In this document: positions 9,066 through 17,917 of the stretch, in pieces
How positions within the stretch are numbered: the first letter of the stretch is position 1
How the letters are laid out: each line of letters begins with the position of its first letter
Sequence record: DRR378314_2631
Strand: one strand, 5' to 3'
Length of the DNA: 45,962 nt
The notes under the pieces: generated by a model
What the model saw: the letters and a program-made list of their open reading frames with translations, nothing else
What the model was told of the DNA's origin: nothing
The model's database searches: none
Made by a program: the position numbers and the translations under genes

Positions 9066-10032
9066 GACTGATATTTCGAACTACCCTTCCCCGGAAAAAC
9101 TGGCCCGGGACTTGGATTGGAACTTGCTGAAAACCTTTCTTGTAATCGCCAAATCCAAAAGCATTACCGACGCCGCAAACAGCCTGCGCCTGCGCCAACC
9201 TTCAGTTTCAGCATCCCTAAAAAGGCTTGAAGACCGACTGAACAAGAAACTTGTGGACAGATCTCCCGGGCGATTTCGTCTCACCAAGGCTGGCGAATTG
9301 CTGGAAAAGGAAATTATTGATATTCACGGGTCTATTCTTCGGTTTGATACGCTGCTTCGAAATACTGAAGATGAAATTCGGGGTCATGTTCGAATTGCCA
9401 TGGCCAGTTATGTGGAATGCCCGCTCTTTGATGAAGCCCTCTCAATTTTTCATAAATCTCATCCCAATGCGACGCTTTCCATTGAAATTTCCGCCAGTCG
9501 CCATGCCATTGAAAACCTGCTGGCTCGCAAAGCCAGTATTGCTGTGTGTTTGGTCAAGGACAGAAGTCCAAAACTGAAATACCAACGTCTGTTTAGAGAG
9601 CATTTTGGTCTTTTCTGCGGACCCGAACATCCCCTGTTTCAACAGACAGACCTGAACGAATCTGATCTCATGGGTCATTCCAGCGTCAGCTTCGTAACCG
9701 ATCAGATGGGAGACGCCCTGCGCCAGGTGGCTTTGATGAGAGCCCATGCAAACCTGGATGATCGCGTGGTTGGGACATCCGCTAATCTGGAAGAAGTCCG
9801 GCGGATGATTATTGCCGGTCTCGGCATTGGCCCGTTGCCAATTCACGTCGCAAAACGGGACGTGGATACAGGCATTCTCTGGCGTCTTCCGCCCTATTCC
9901 AATCCACCGGCAATCGATGTTTATGTGGTTGAAAACCCAAATGTGCAACTAAACAGGGCAGAAACGGCTTTTATCGAAATTATTGGCGCACTTATCGATC
10001 AAACGCCCATCGAAGATCGAATTTACGCCTAA
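9064..10032 (+). CDS. LysR family transcriptional regulator
   Basis: LDWNLLKTF...SITDAA...QPSVSASLKRLE HTH; divergent from the transport operon. Confidence 0.95.
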   Translation: MTDISNYPSPEKLARDLDWNLLKTFLVIAKSKSITDAANSLRLRQPSVSASLKRLEDRLNKKLVDRSPGRFRLTKAGELLEKEIIDIHGSILRFDTLLRNTEDEIRGHVRIAMASYVECPLFDEALSIFHKSHPNATLSIEISASRHAIENLLARKASIAVCLVKDRSPKLKYQRLFREHFGLFCGPEHPLFQQTDLNESDLMGHSSVSFVTDQMGDALRQVALMRAHANLDDRVVGTSANLEEVRRMIIAGLGIGPLPIHVAKRDVDTGILWRLPPYSNPPAIDVYVVENPNVQLNRAETAFIEIIGALIDQTPIEDRIYA

Positions 10033-10114
10033 TTGTCCATCCGCGATGTTTTTAATGCGCCCAGCCGCACAGTTATCAGTCGACGAGGTGCCCGATCCAC
10101 GCTAGAGAGGCTGC

Positions 10115-11230
10115 ATGACAAACACAACAGACATGGAAATCCTTCTGGTGACTATTCCGGGCCTCGAACCCGCACTGCTCGAGGAAGTCCAGGAAAAAGG
10201 ATTTAACAAGCCCAGACCCATCAAAGGGGGCATTACCATTGTTGGCGATTGGGATGCTGTTTGGCGCGCCAATCTTGAATTGCGGGGACCCAGCCGAATT
10301 CTCGTTCGCATTGGCTCCTTTCACGCTGTTCATCTCGCGCAACTCGACAAAAGAGCCCGCAAATTCCCATGGACTGACACGCTGGATCCGGCTCATCCGG
10401 TGAAGGTTGAGGTTTCCTGCAAGAGTTCTCGCATTTATCATCAGAAAGCCGCCGCCGAACGCATCATCAAAGCGTTGACCGAAAGCCATGGGCTGACAGT
10501 CTCAGAGGATGCAGATCTTACGATCAAGGTCCGAATTTTCAGGGATCTTTGCACCATCAGTATCGATAGTTCAGGCGAAGGACTGCATAAAAGAGGTCAT
10601 AAAGAAGCCGTCAACAAAGCGCCCCTTCGCGAAACACTGGCCTCTTTGCTCCTGCGTGAATGTGGCTTTACCGGTTCAGAACCTGTTGTGGATCCGATGT
10701 GTGGATCTGGCACGTTTATCATTGAAGCGGCCGAAATTGCGGCAAATCTACAGCCTGGAAGAGATCGAGCTTTCGCATTCGAAAAACTGAAAAACTTTGA
10801 CCCTGACCAGTTTAAAGCCTTGAAAAAACCTGCTCCCGAAATTGCTGAAACCAAACAGTTTTTTGGATTTGACCGCGATAAAGGGGCCATTGGAATGTCA
10901 GCGCAGAATGCAAAACGCGCCCATATTTCAAATTCTGTTGAGTTTTCTCAGCAAACCATCAAGAACCTGACCCCGCCAACTGAACAGGTCGGGTTGGTTA
11001 TGATCAATCCGCCCTATGGGATGCGAATTGGGGAAATTAATAAACTTTCCAACTTATATATTTCCCTGGGCGCTAGCCTGAAGAACCAGTTCTCTGGATG
11101 GCGGGTAGGACTAGTGACCAATTCGGACAAGCTTGCTAACGCGACAGAGCTTCCCTTTGAAGGAAAACCACTTAAATTCTCCCACGGCGGAATTCCGGTT
11201 CAACTATGCCAGACCAAATCTCTCCCATAA
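10115..11230 (+). CDS. THUMP-domain class I SAM-dependent RNA methyltransferase (RlmL-like, 23S rRNA m2G)
   Basis: LHKRG, APLRETLA, DPMCGSGT and NPPYG motifs. Confidence 0.85.
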   Translation: MTNTTDMEILLVTIPGLEPALLEEVQEKGFNKPRPIKGGITIVGDWDAVWRANLELRGPSRILVRIGSFHAVHLAQLDKRARKFPWTDTLDPAHPVKVEVSCKSSRIYHQKAAAERIIKALTESHGLTVSEDADLTIKVRIFRDLCTISIDSSGEGLHKRGHKEAVNKAPLRETLASLLLRECGFTGSEPVVDPMCGSGTFIIEAAEIAANLQPGRDRAFAFEKLKNFDPDQFKALKKPAPEIAETKQFFGFDRDKGAIGMSAQNAKRAHISNSVEFSQQTIKNLTPPTEQVGLVMINPPYGMRIGEINKLSNLYISLGASLKNQFSGWRVGLVTNSDKLANATELPFEGKPLKFSHGGIPVQLCQTKSLP

Positions 11231-11383
11231 ATTCCATATCGGGCAGTTAAAACCCCGCATTTAATGGTGGAATAACTTTAACTCTTCGCTTGGGTGGAAT
11301 TAAGGTGGCTTTTCTTCTATTGATTTGTCCCCCATTCTTTATAGGGTAATGGAAATTAGACAAATTTTTCGTCAGGATACTGA

Positions 11384-12163
11384 ATGAACGGACTGCTAGT
11401 TGGCGCTCTTCTTACAATATGCTTGATCTGTTCGTCCGCATTTCAGGCAAGAGCAGAAGGTGTTGGCAAGTTACGTATCCTTTTGTCAACTATCCCGCCC
11501 CTTGTCATGTCTCAGGAAAATGACCAGCGGGGTATTTTGTATGAACTTGCCCTGGAAATCAGAAGTCGCTGGCAGAATTCGGCCAAGTCCACGGACCCTT
11601 CAGCTATTCACCTGGAAATACTTCCGTGGAGCCGCGCCTATGCCGAACTGCTGAAAAATCCAGACATCATCATGTTACAAATGGCCAGAACAGCGGAACG
11701 GGAAGATAAATTCCAGTGGCTCACCCATACCGGAAAACTGTCTTTTGCCTTCATTGCAAACTCACCACCGGCCATTAACTCCTTGGACGAAGCCCGCAAA
11801 GTTGGCCAGATTGCAGTTTATCGCGATAGCCGACTGGAAGGTTTTCTAAAAAAAAATGGCTTTGAAAACCTCGCTCCAACAGATAATAGTCGGACCAGCG
11901 CCCGGCTACTGGATGCAGGTCGGGTTCATCTTTGGTATGCCTCAATAGAGGAAGTTTTGTGGTTTCACGAAACAGGACATTTGGTCAATCAACCCATAAT
12001 TGGAAATCCTATTTTCCAGACACCAATTTGGGCCGTGGCATCATTGAAAACCAGTCGTTCCATAGTGCAATCCATTAGGGAAATTCTGATCTCCTTGAAA
12101 AAAGACGGCACTTTCGACCGGATCCGAAACAAATACGGTTTGAGACCCCTTGATATTGACTAA
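11384..12163 (+). CDS. Periplasmic solute-binding protein, family 3-like (orphan)
   Basis: Signal peptide ending ARA, PWSRA, RTAERE, C-terminal LKKDGTFDRIRNKY. Confidence 0.78.
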   Translation: MNGLLVGALLTICLICSSAFQARAEGVGKLRILLSTIPPLVMSQENDQRGILYELALEIRSRWQNSAKSTDPSAIHLEILPWSRAYAELLKNPDIIMLQMARTAEREDKFQWLTHTGKLSFAFIANSPPAINSLDEARKVGQIAVYRDSRLEGFLKKNGFENLAPTDNSRTSARLLDAGRVHLWYASIEEVLWFHETGHLVNQPIIGNPIFQTPIWAVASLKTSRSIVQSIREILISLKKDGTFDRIRNKYGLRPLDID

Positions 12164-13180
12164 TCAGTAGTCCTTTTCTGACAACTCAATAACGCATTTA
12201 CCATCTACCTTGCGGTCTATCACCGCGTTCAAGGCTTCGTGAAATTCATCAAGTGTATAAAGAGCCCCAACCTCAGGGCGTAATGAACCTTTATTGAACA
12301 GGTCAAGCACACCGGCAACGATCCAATCTACCGTTTCAACATGATCTGCGCGGTCTACACCCGGGCTCCAGCCATAATAGTGACCCATATTGAACCCCAT
12401 GACGGATGCATTTTTTAACAGAAGGCGGTTGGCTGGAATATCCGGAATGGTTCCTGATGCATATCCGATAGTCAAAAGACGGCTCTGCCACGCCATGGCC
12501 CGGATCGATTGTAACGTTACGTCCCCGCCGATACTGTCATACACAACATCAACCCCGCGCCCGCCAGTCATCTCCAGCACGACTTCCCGAAAATCCGCCG
12601 TCCGATGATCGATAACCTCATCAGCCCCATGATTTTTTGCTGTTTCACAATGAGAGTGTCCACCGGCAACAGCAATTACTCGGGCCCCCAGCGCTTTGCC
12701 AATTTCAACAGCAGCCAATCCAACCCCACCGGCCGCGCCATGAACCAATAAGGTTTCCCCTTCCTTCAGACCCGCCCGCATAGTCAGGGCACCATAGGAA
12801 GTGGTGTAAGATGTAATCATCGCTGCTGCATCTTTAAATTCCAGAGTATCAGGTATGGGATGGCAACAGATGTCCCGAACAAGATTGAATCCGGCGCAAC
12901 TGCCGCTGTCCACGTTACACATCACCCGTTGCCCAACGTTTACACGGGTCACGCCTTGCCCTGTTTCGACCACGATCCCGGCAGCCTCACTACTGGGGAT
13001 ATAGGGAAGGGGGGCTTTGCGCTGGTATTTTCCAGCGATGTTTAGGGACATGGCAAAGCTCACTCCAGCGGCCATGTTCTGCACAACGACCTCTCCCGGA
13101 CCGGGTGACGGGCGATCCAAATTTTCCAGAACTGCTTTTTCCTGATAGGGACCAAATTCCCGAACGACAATTGCACGCAT
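12164..13180 (-). CDS. NADPH:quinone oxidoreductase family protein (MDR / zeta-crystallin)
   Basis: LVHGAAGGVG, GRGVDVVYD, GYASG; ATG 13180 with GGAG SD. Confidence 0.9.
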   Translation of the reverse strand: MRAIVVREFGPYQEKAVLENLDRPSPGPGEVVVQNMAAGVSFAMSLNIAGKYQRKAPLPYIPSSEAAGIVVETGQGVTRVNVGQRVMCNVDSGSCAGFNLVRDICCHPIPDTLEFKDAAAMITSYTTSYGALTMRAGLKEGETLLVHGAAGGVGLAAVEIGKALGARVIAVAGGHSHCETAKNHGADEVIDHRTADFREVVLEMTGGRGVDVVYDSIGGDVTLQSIRAMAWQSRLLTIGYASGTIPDIPANRLLLKNASVMGFNMGHYYGWSPGVDRADHVETVDWIVAGVLDLFNKGSLRPEVGALYTLDEFHEALNAVIDRKVDGKCVIELSEKDY

Positions 13181-13274
13181 GTTAATCTCCTTATACTCCC
13201 GAAACCGGGCAGAGCTTTTTCTTTTCAATCTACACGAAGAAATTCAAACAAGACAAGATAGATCTATCAAATCC

Positions 13275-13841
13275 CTATTTGGTGTAGTGCATTATGCAGT
13301 GGGCTTTCGCCCCCGTACCGGATCCTGTTCGATATCCATGTTGCTCATCAGCTGCAAAGCGCATTGTCTGACCAGGGCTGAGTTTATGCCATGATCCTTC
13401 AATCTGCAGCTCCAGCTCCCCCTCCAAAACAGATATAAATTCCAGGGTACCCAGGATATGGGGGTCTGAAATCCGTTCGTAATGATCTGGAAATGTAATT
13501 TCAAACCACTCAAACCCAAAATGAGGCTCGTAGGGCTGGAGAATGGACACCAGCATTCCATCATCGCCAACTGGGTTTTTTGCGATATTTGAATTCACAA
13601 AAGCCGGTTGCCGTATACTTTCGTCCCATTCGGTTGGACCAACCAAAGCTGAAAAAGAAATGCTCAACCCATTTGCCAGCTTCCACAAAGTCGCAACTGT
13701 CGGACTAGATTCTTTGCGTTCAATTTGCCCAATCATGGCTTTGCTGACGCCAGTCATATCTGCCAATTTTGAAAGGCTTAAGCGGCGCTGATCTCTGATC
13801 TGCTTTAAATTTTTAGAAAGTATATGGCCAGGGTTTTTCAA
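13275..13841 (-). CDS. XRE-family HTH regulator with C-terminal cupin (SutR/YdcN-like)
   Basis: LSLSKLA...GVSKAMIGQIER..SSPTVATLWKLA HTH; FAADEQHGY cupin; TTG start. Confidence 0.9.
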   Translation of the reverse strand: MKNPGHILSKNLKQIRDQRRLSLSKLADMTGVSKAMIGQIERKESSPTVATLWKLANGLSISFSALVGPTEWDESIRQPAFVNSNIAKNPVGDDGMLVSILQPYEPHFGFEWFEITFPDHYERISDPHILGTLEFISVLEGELELQIEGSWHKLSPGQTMRFAADEQHGYRTGSGTGAKAHCIMHYTK

Positions 13842-13866
13842 TATTTTGGCACCTCAAAATTAGACC

Positions 13867-13923
13867 TGTACGTTATAACGCACAGCCGCTATAGTCGCAA
13901 TATTGTACGTTATAACGCACAAT
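13867..13923. promoter_or_regulatory. Two identical palindromic operators
   Basis: TGTACGTTATAACGCACA at 13867-13884 and 13904-13921. Confidence 0.85.
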
Positions 13924-13954
13924 TAGGACTATTAACACAGAGAACCCATTCATC

Positions 13955-15121
13955 GTGACCAGACTAGTCTCCATCCCCTATATAACTGCGGGCTTCATTG
14001 CCGTTTTAATCGGATATTCCAGCGCCGCAGCGATCGTTTATCAGGCTGCAATTGCCAGTGGCGCGGATGGCGCCAAAGCCGCCAGTTGGATGTGGGCAGT
14101 CGGTGTGGGTATGGGGATCTGTGGAATTGGTCTATCAGTCCGCTACAAAGCTCCCATTATAATCGCCTGGTCAACGCCAGGAGCCGCCCTTCTGGTCACC
14201 AGCCTTCCTGGAACATCGATGGGGGAGGCCGTGGCGGCTTTTCTATTCTGTTCGGCTTTACTGACCCTTTGCGGTGTTGCCGGATGGTTTGAAAAAATCA
14301 TGAAACTGGTTCCCGTTTCCATCGCCAGTGCGATGTTAGCGGGTGTGCTTTTGCAATTCGCGTTCAATGCGTTTTTATCTTTTCAAACCAATTTATCCCT
14401 AACCGGTGCCATGGTCTTAGCCTATGTCATCGGTAAAAAGGTAACCAACCGATATGCTATTCCATTGACACTTCTGGTTGGAATTGGTGTTGCCGCCGCC
14501 CAAGGACTTCTTTCCAGCAGTCCGCCCTCCTTTACCTTTACAGTTCCCGTTTGGACAACACCAGAGTTGAACTGGACGGTCCTGCTCGGGGTCGGTTTTC
14601 CCCTTTTCATCGTCACAATGGCGTCCCAAAACATTCCAGGGATTGCAGTTCTCAGAGCGCATGGCTACCAAACGCCTGCCTCTCCCTTGATCACCTGGAG
14701 TGGGATAACCGGGCTTTTAACAGCACCGTTCGGCGGTTTCTCGTTCAATTTGGCTGCGATCACTGCAGCCATCTGTATGGGAAAGGAAATTCATCCCGAT
14801 CCTGACAAGCGTTACGGCGCGGCAATATGGGCGGGGATCTTCTATATAATCGTCGGTGTTTTGGGAGGCACTGTCACAGACCTATTTGCCATGTTTCCGA
14901 TCGAACTCATCATGGCTATTGCTGGTCTTGCCTTGTTAGGCACAATTTCGAACGCTTTAACGACCGCGCTACAGGCAGAGGAAACACGGGAAGCCGCCTT
15001 TTTTACCTTTGTGATTACCGCCACCGGCCTTACACTTTTCTCCATTGGGGCGCCTTTTTGGGGGCTTGTTGCTGGGCTGACGATCACTATACTCAACAGA
15101 AATACGAAACGAAGGGCATGA
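13955..15121 (+). CDS. BenE / YdcO family benzoate:H+ symporter-like transporter
   Basis: AWSTPGAALL, TMASQNIPG, NLAAITAAIC, FWGLVAG; many TM helices. Confidence 0.92.
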   Translation: MTRLVSIPYITAGFIAVLIGYSSAAAIVYQAAIASGADGAKAASWMWAVGVGMGICGIGLSVRYKAPIIIAWSTPGAALLVTSLPGTSMGEAVAAFLFCSALLTLCGVAGWFEKIMKLVPVSIASAMLAGVLLQFAFNAFLSFQTNLSLTGAMVLAYVIGKKVTNRYAIPLTLLVGIGVAAAQGLLSSSPPSFTFTVPVWTTPELNWTVLLGVGFPLFIVTMASQNIPGIAVLRAHGYQTPASPLITWSGITGLLTAPFGGFSFNLAAITAAICMGKEIHPDPDKRYGAAIWAGIFYIIVGVLGGTVTDLFAMFPIELIMAIAGLALLGTISNALTTALQAEETREAAFFTFVITATGLTLFSIGAPFWGLVAGLTITILNRNTKRRA

Positions 15122-15125
15122 GCAA

Positions 15126-15905
15126 ATGGATTTCGGAATCACGGGCAAAAAGGCGATTATCTGCGCATCATCAAAAGGGCTTGGCAAGGCCTCTGCGCTG
15201 GCACTCGCAGGTGAAGGGGTTGAGGTCGTCATCAACGGTCGCTCCGAAGACGTGCTGCTCAAAACCGCTGAAGAGATTTCATCTAAAACAGGCGCTTCTG
15301 TAATCCCTGTTGTCGCTGACGTGACCACGGAAGAGGGGCGCCGCGCCCTTCTGGAGGCCTGTCCAAATCCAGACATTCTTGTCAATAATGCCGGCGGCCC
15401 ACCGCCTGGGAACTTCAGAGACTGGGACCGGGAAGATTGGATTGGCGCACTGGACGCGAATATGCTCTCTCCTATTGCATTGATCAAAGCTGTGGTCGAT
15501 GGAATGATTGAACGCAAATTTGGCCGGATTGTGAATATCACTTCCGCTGCTGTTAAATCTCCGATTGCTATTCTGGGACTTTCAAATGGCGCCCGCACAG
15601 GACTAACCGGCTTCGTCGCCGGAACCTCCCGAGAGGTTGCCGCCCACGGTGTCACCATTAACAATCTCCTGCCAGGCCCCTTTGACACGGATCGCCTGAC
15701 CTCCAATTTGGAAGTCTCTGCAAAAGCGATGGGCCGGTCCGTAGAGGAAGAAGCAAAAATTAGAGCTCAGTCCAATCCAACAGGCCGATTTGGCAAACCT
15801 GAAGAGTTTGGCGCCGCTTGCGCGTTTCTCTGCAGTCGGCACGCAGCCTATATGACCGGGCAAAATATCCTGCTGGATGGCGGAGCGTTTCCCGGCACCC
15901 TCTAG
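15126..15905 (+). CDS. SDR family oxidoreductase (BKR-like, atypical active site)
   Basis: ASSKGLG, DILVNNAGG, PGPFDT; SNGAR replaces YxxxK. Confidence 0.88.
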   Translation: MDFGITGKKAIICASSKGLGKASALALAGEGVEVVINGRSEDVLLKTAEEISSKTGASVIPVVADVTTEEGRRALLEACPNPDILVNNAGGPPPGNFRDWDREDWIGALDANMLSPIALIKAVVDGMIERKFGRIVNITSAAVKSPIAILGLSNGARTGLTGFVAGTSREVAAHGVTINNLLPGPFDTDRLTSNLEVSAKAMGRSVEEEAKIRAQSNPTGRFGKPEEFGAACAFLCSRHAAYMTGQNILLDGGAFPGTL

Positions 15906-16101
15906 CCGCCAGGCGCGACCATTAAATACAGATATTATAAGTTTATTGATCGATTCGGCCTAAATTAGGCAATTTTTGCCTTAGAAAATTTCAATCACCG
16001 CAGATATAGTTAATAAATCATTCTTTATGGTTAACGCTTCGTTACCAAAGGTAGTGGATGCCCTAAAATACATACGCTAGGTTGTAATTTATAAAAAATT
16101 C

Positions 16102-16116
16102 TTAAAATTGTATTAA
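16102..16116. promoter_or_regulatory. CtrA-like full site TTAA-N7-TTAA
   Basis: TTAA-AATTGTA-TTAA; second near-site TTAA-CGCTTCG-TTAC at 16031-16045; region is AT-rich so chance is possible. Confidence 0.45.
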
Positions 16117-16296
16117 AATATAATGTACAAATCCGAGATATTTCTTATTGTACTGAGAAGTAAGTAGCATCGTCGTGTTTCAACATTTGCTTAGGCAGAA
16201 GGAAGCATGGCTGTAAAAGTAGGGGATCCAATGCGTGATTTTGGATCATATTGTTTTCTTTTGCAGTGATTAGAAATGTAGAAGAGGGGTTATAAA

Positions 16297-16977
16297 ATGT
16301 TTAAGAAATTGGCAGCTCTTGCGGGAGCAAGTATCGTAGCAGTCAGTCTGATGGGCGCAAGCGCACAGGCTGCAATTTTAGACTTCACTGACGGAGCGAC
16401 TAAGAGCGCTTTAGAGGGCGGCACTCCTGGTGAAATCGGCTTTTTTGGAACAACAGCAACAGTTACGCCTGCTGGCGGAAATCTTCGCTGGACAGCACAA
16501 GATGGGGGCACATGTGCCACACCACCGCTGGATTGTTCCTTTGACGGCCTTGGCGTAGTCGATGATGAAGTGTCACCTGGCCAAGAATCCATCACCGTTA
16601 CATTTGGTAAAGCACTTTCTCTGGACGCCATTTACTTCCTTGATCTGTTTACTTCATTAGACGAAGAGTCAAAAGAACGGGCTGAAATCTCTTGGGGCGG
16701 TGGTTACAGTGGTAATGGCTCAGCTTCAATTTTGGCAGATTCCGATGAAACTCCAGACGGTGACAGCGGGTACCTGAAAGTTGAGTTTGATGGATTGTTA
16801 AATGTAGGCTGGATCACATTTACTGCACTCGACATCAACCCAGGTGATGACCTTGGTGTGAACGATTTCTCAGTCGCTGCGATCTCAGCGGTTCCACTTC
16901 CTGCAGCTCTGCCTCTTTATGGTGCAGCTCTGGCAGTCATGGGCCTCTTCGGATGGCACCGCAAGCGGAAAGCTTAA
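16297..16977 (+). CDS. Secreted protein with VPLPA-CTERM (PEP-CTERM-like) sorting signal
   Basis: N-terminal signal peptide ending AQA; acidic/Gly-rich body; C-terminal SAVPLPAA + TM helix + RKRKA. Confidence 0.9.
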   Translation: MFKKLAALAGASIVAVSLMGASAQAAILDFTDGATKSALEGGTPGEIGFFGTTATVTPAGGNLRWTAQDGGTCATPPLDCSFDGLGVVDDEVSPGQESITVTFGKALSLDAIYFLDLFTSLDEESKERAEISWGGGYSGNGSASILADSDETPDGDSGYLKVEFDGLLNVGWITFTALDINPGDDLGVNDFSVAAISAVPLPAALPLYGAALAVMGLFGWHRKRKA

Positions 16978-17006
16978 GGTTACTAAGTTCCCTTTTAAGG
17001 GTTTAG

Positions 17007-17035
17007 AAAAAGGCGGTCGAATGACCGCCTTTTTT
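17007..17035. terminator. Bidirectional intrinsic terminator
   Basis: AAAAA-GGCGGTC-GAAT-GACCGCC-TTTTTT between convergent genes. Confidence 0.9.
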
Positions 17036-17056
17036 AATTTGAGTGAAGTGTTTAAT

Positions 17057-17881
17057 TTACTGACCCGTAAAGTTTGGTTTTCTTTTTTCCTGAAAAGCGG
17101 CCAGTCCTTCCATCCGATCTTTGGAAGTTGCGTGTTGGGCATTGATTAACAGCTCAGCCTTTAATGCCGTTTCAGCAGGCTGCGCCAGTCCATCATTCAC
17201 CATCTGCTTCATTCGGCTAAGACCCAACGGACTTTTATTGGCCAATGCCTGAACCTGCTCAGTCAGAACTGCCCGCAAGACTTTCTCTTCCACAACCCAG
17301 TTAATCAACCCCCATTCAAGAAGTGTCTCTGCCTCCAGAAAGTCACCACTGAAAATCATCTGTTTTGCTCGGGCAACGCCGATTTTTCTGGGGAGCCGGA
17401 CAGAACTTCCGCCGCCTGGCACCAATCCATAATTTGCGTGTGCATCCCCAAATTTGGCGCTGCGAGCTGCTAGCACAAGATCACACGCCAACACCAGTTC
17501 CAGACCACCCGCAAGAGCAAGACCATTTACGGCCGCAATAACCGGCTGCGGAAAATTTTCAATTCGAAGAAGGAGTTTTCGAAAATCATCCAGAAATCGA
17601 AAATTCGCATCTGATCCACCGCTACCACTGATTCTATCTTTGGCAGATTTCAGATCCACACCAGCAGAAAATGCGCGCCCCGCCCCTGTCAATGTCAGCA
17701 CACGAATATTATCTCGCGCTTCATACATATCCAGAATAGCTGTCAATTCCACAATCATTTCCCGGGAGATACTATTCAAGGCGTCCGGTCGATTAAGTGT
17801 AATCGCAAGATGATGATCGTTATCTTCTACAAGAACTGTTTCAAACAGCATGACTTTTCCTTTTTCGTTTTTAATAGTCAC
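17057..17881 (-). CDS. Enoyl-CoA hydratase/isomerase (crotonase) family protein (start may be ATG 17851)
   Basis: LNRPDALN, AFSAGVDL, ALAGGLEL, AFQEKRKP. Confidence 0.9.
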   Translation of the reverse strand: MTIKNEKGKVMLFETVLVEDNDHHLAITLNRPDALNSISREMIVELTAILDMYEARDNIRVLTLTGAGRAFSAGVDLKSAKDRISGSGGSDANFRFLDDFRKLLLRIENFPQPVIAAVNGLALAGGLELVLACDLVLAARSAKFGDAHANYGLVPGGGSSVRLPRKIGVARAKQMIFSGDFLEAETLLEWGLINWVVEEKVLRAVLTEQVQALANKSPLGLSRMKQMVNDGLAQPAETALKAELLINAQHATSKDRMEGLAAFQEKRKPNFTGQ

Positions 17882-17917
17882 GCTACACAGGTTCTGAAAA
17901 AGAGTAAATCATTCAGC

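Noticed and set aside
13257-13268. 12-bp palindrome GATAGATCTATC after the XRE gene
   Set aside because: Short, single copy, unlike the XRE operator; no supporting context
14969-15706. 245-aa minus-strand ORF
   Set aside because: Antisense to benE/SDR; Ser/Pro/Arg-rich composition typical of shadow frames
15966-15982. GGCAATTTTTGC as a possible sigma54 promoter for the VPLPA-CTERM gene
   Set aside because: GG-to-GC spacing is 8, not the required 10
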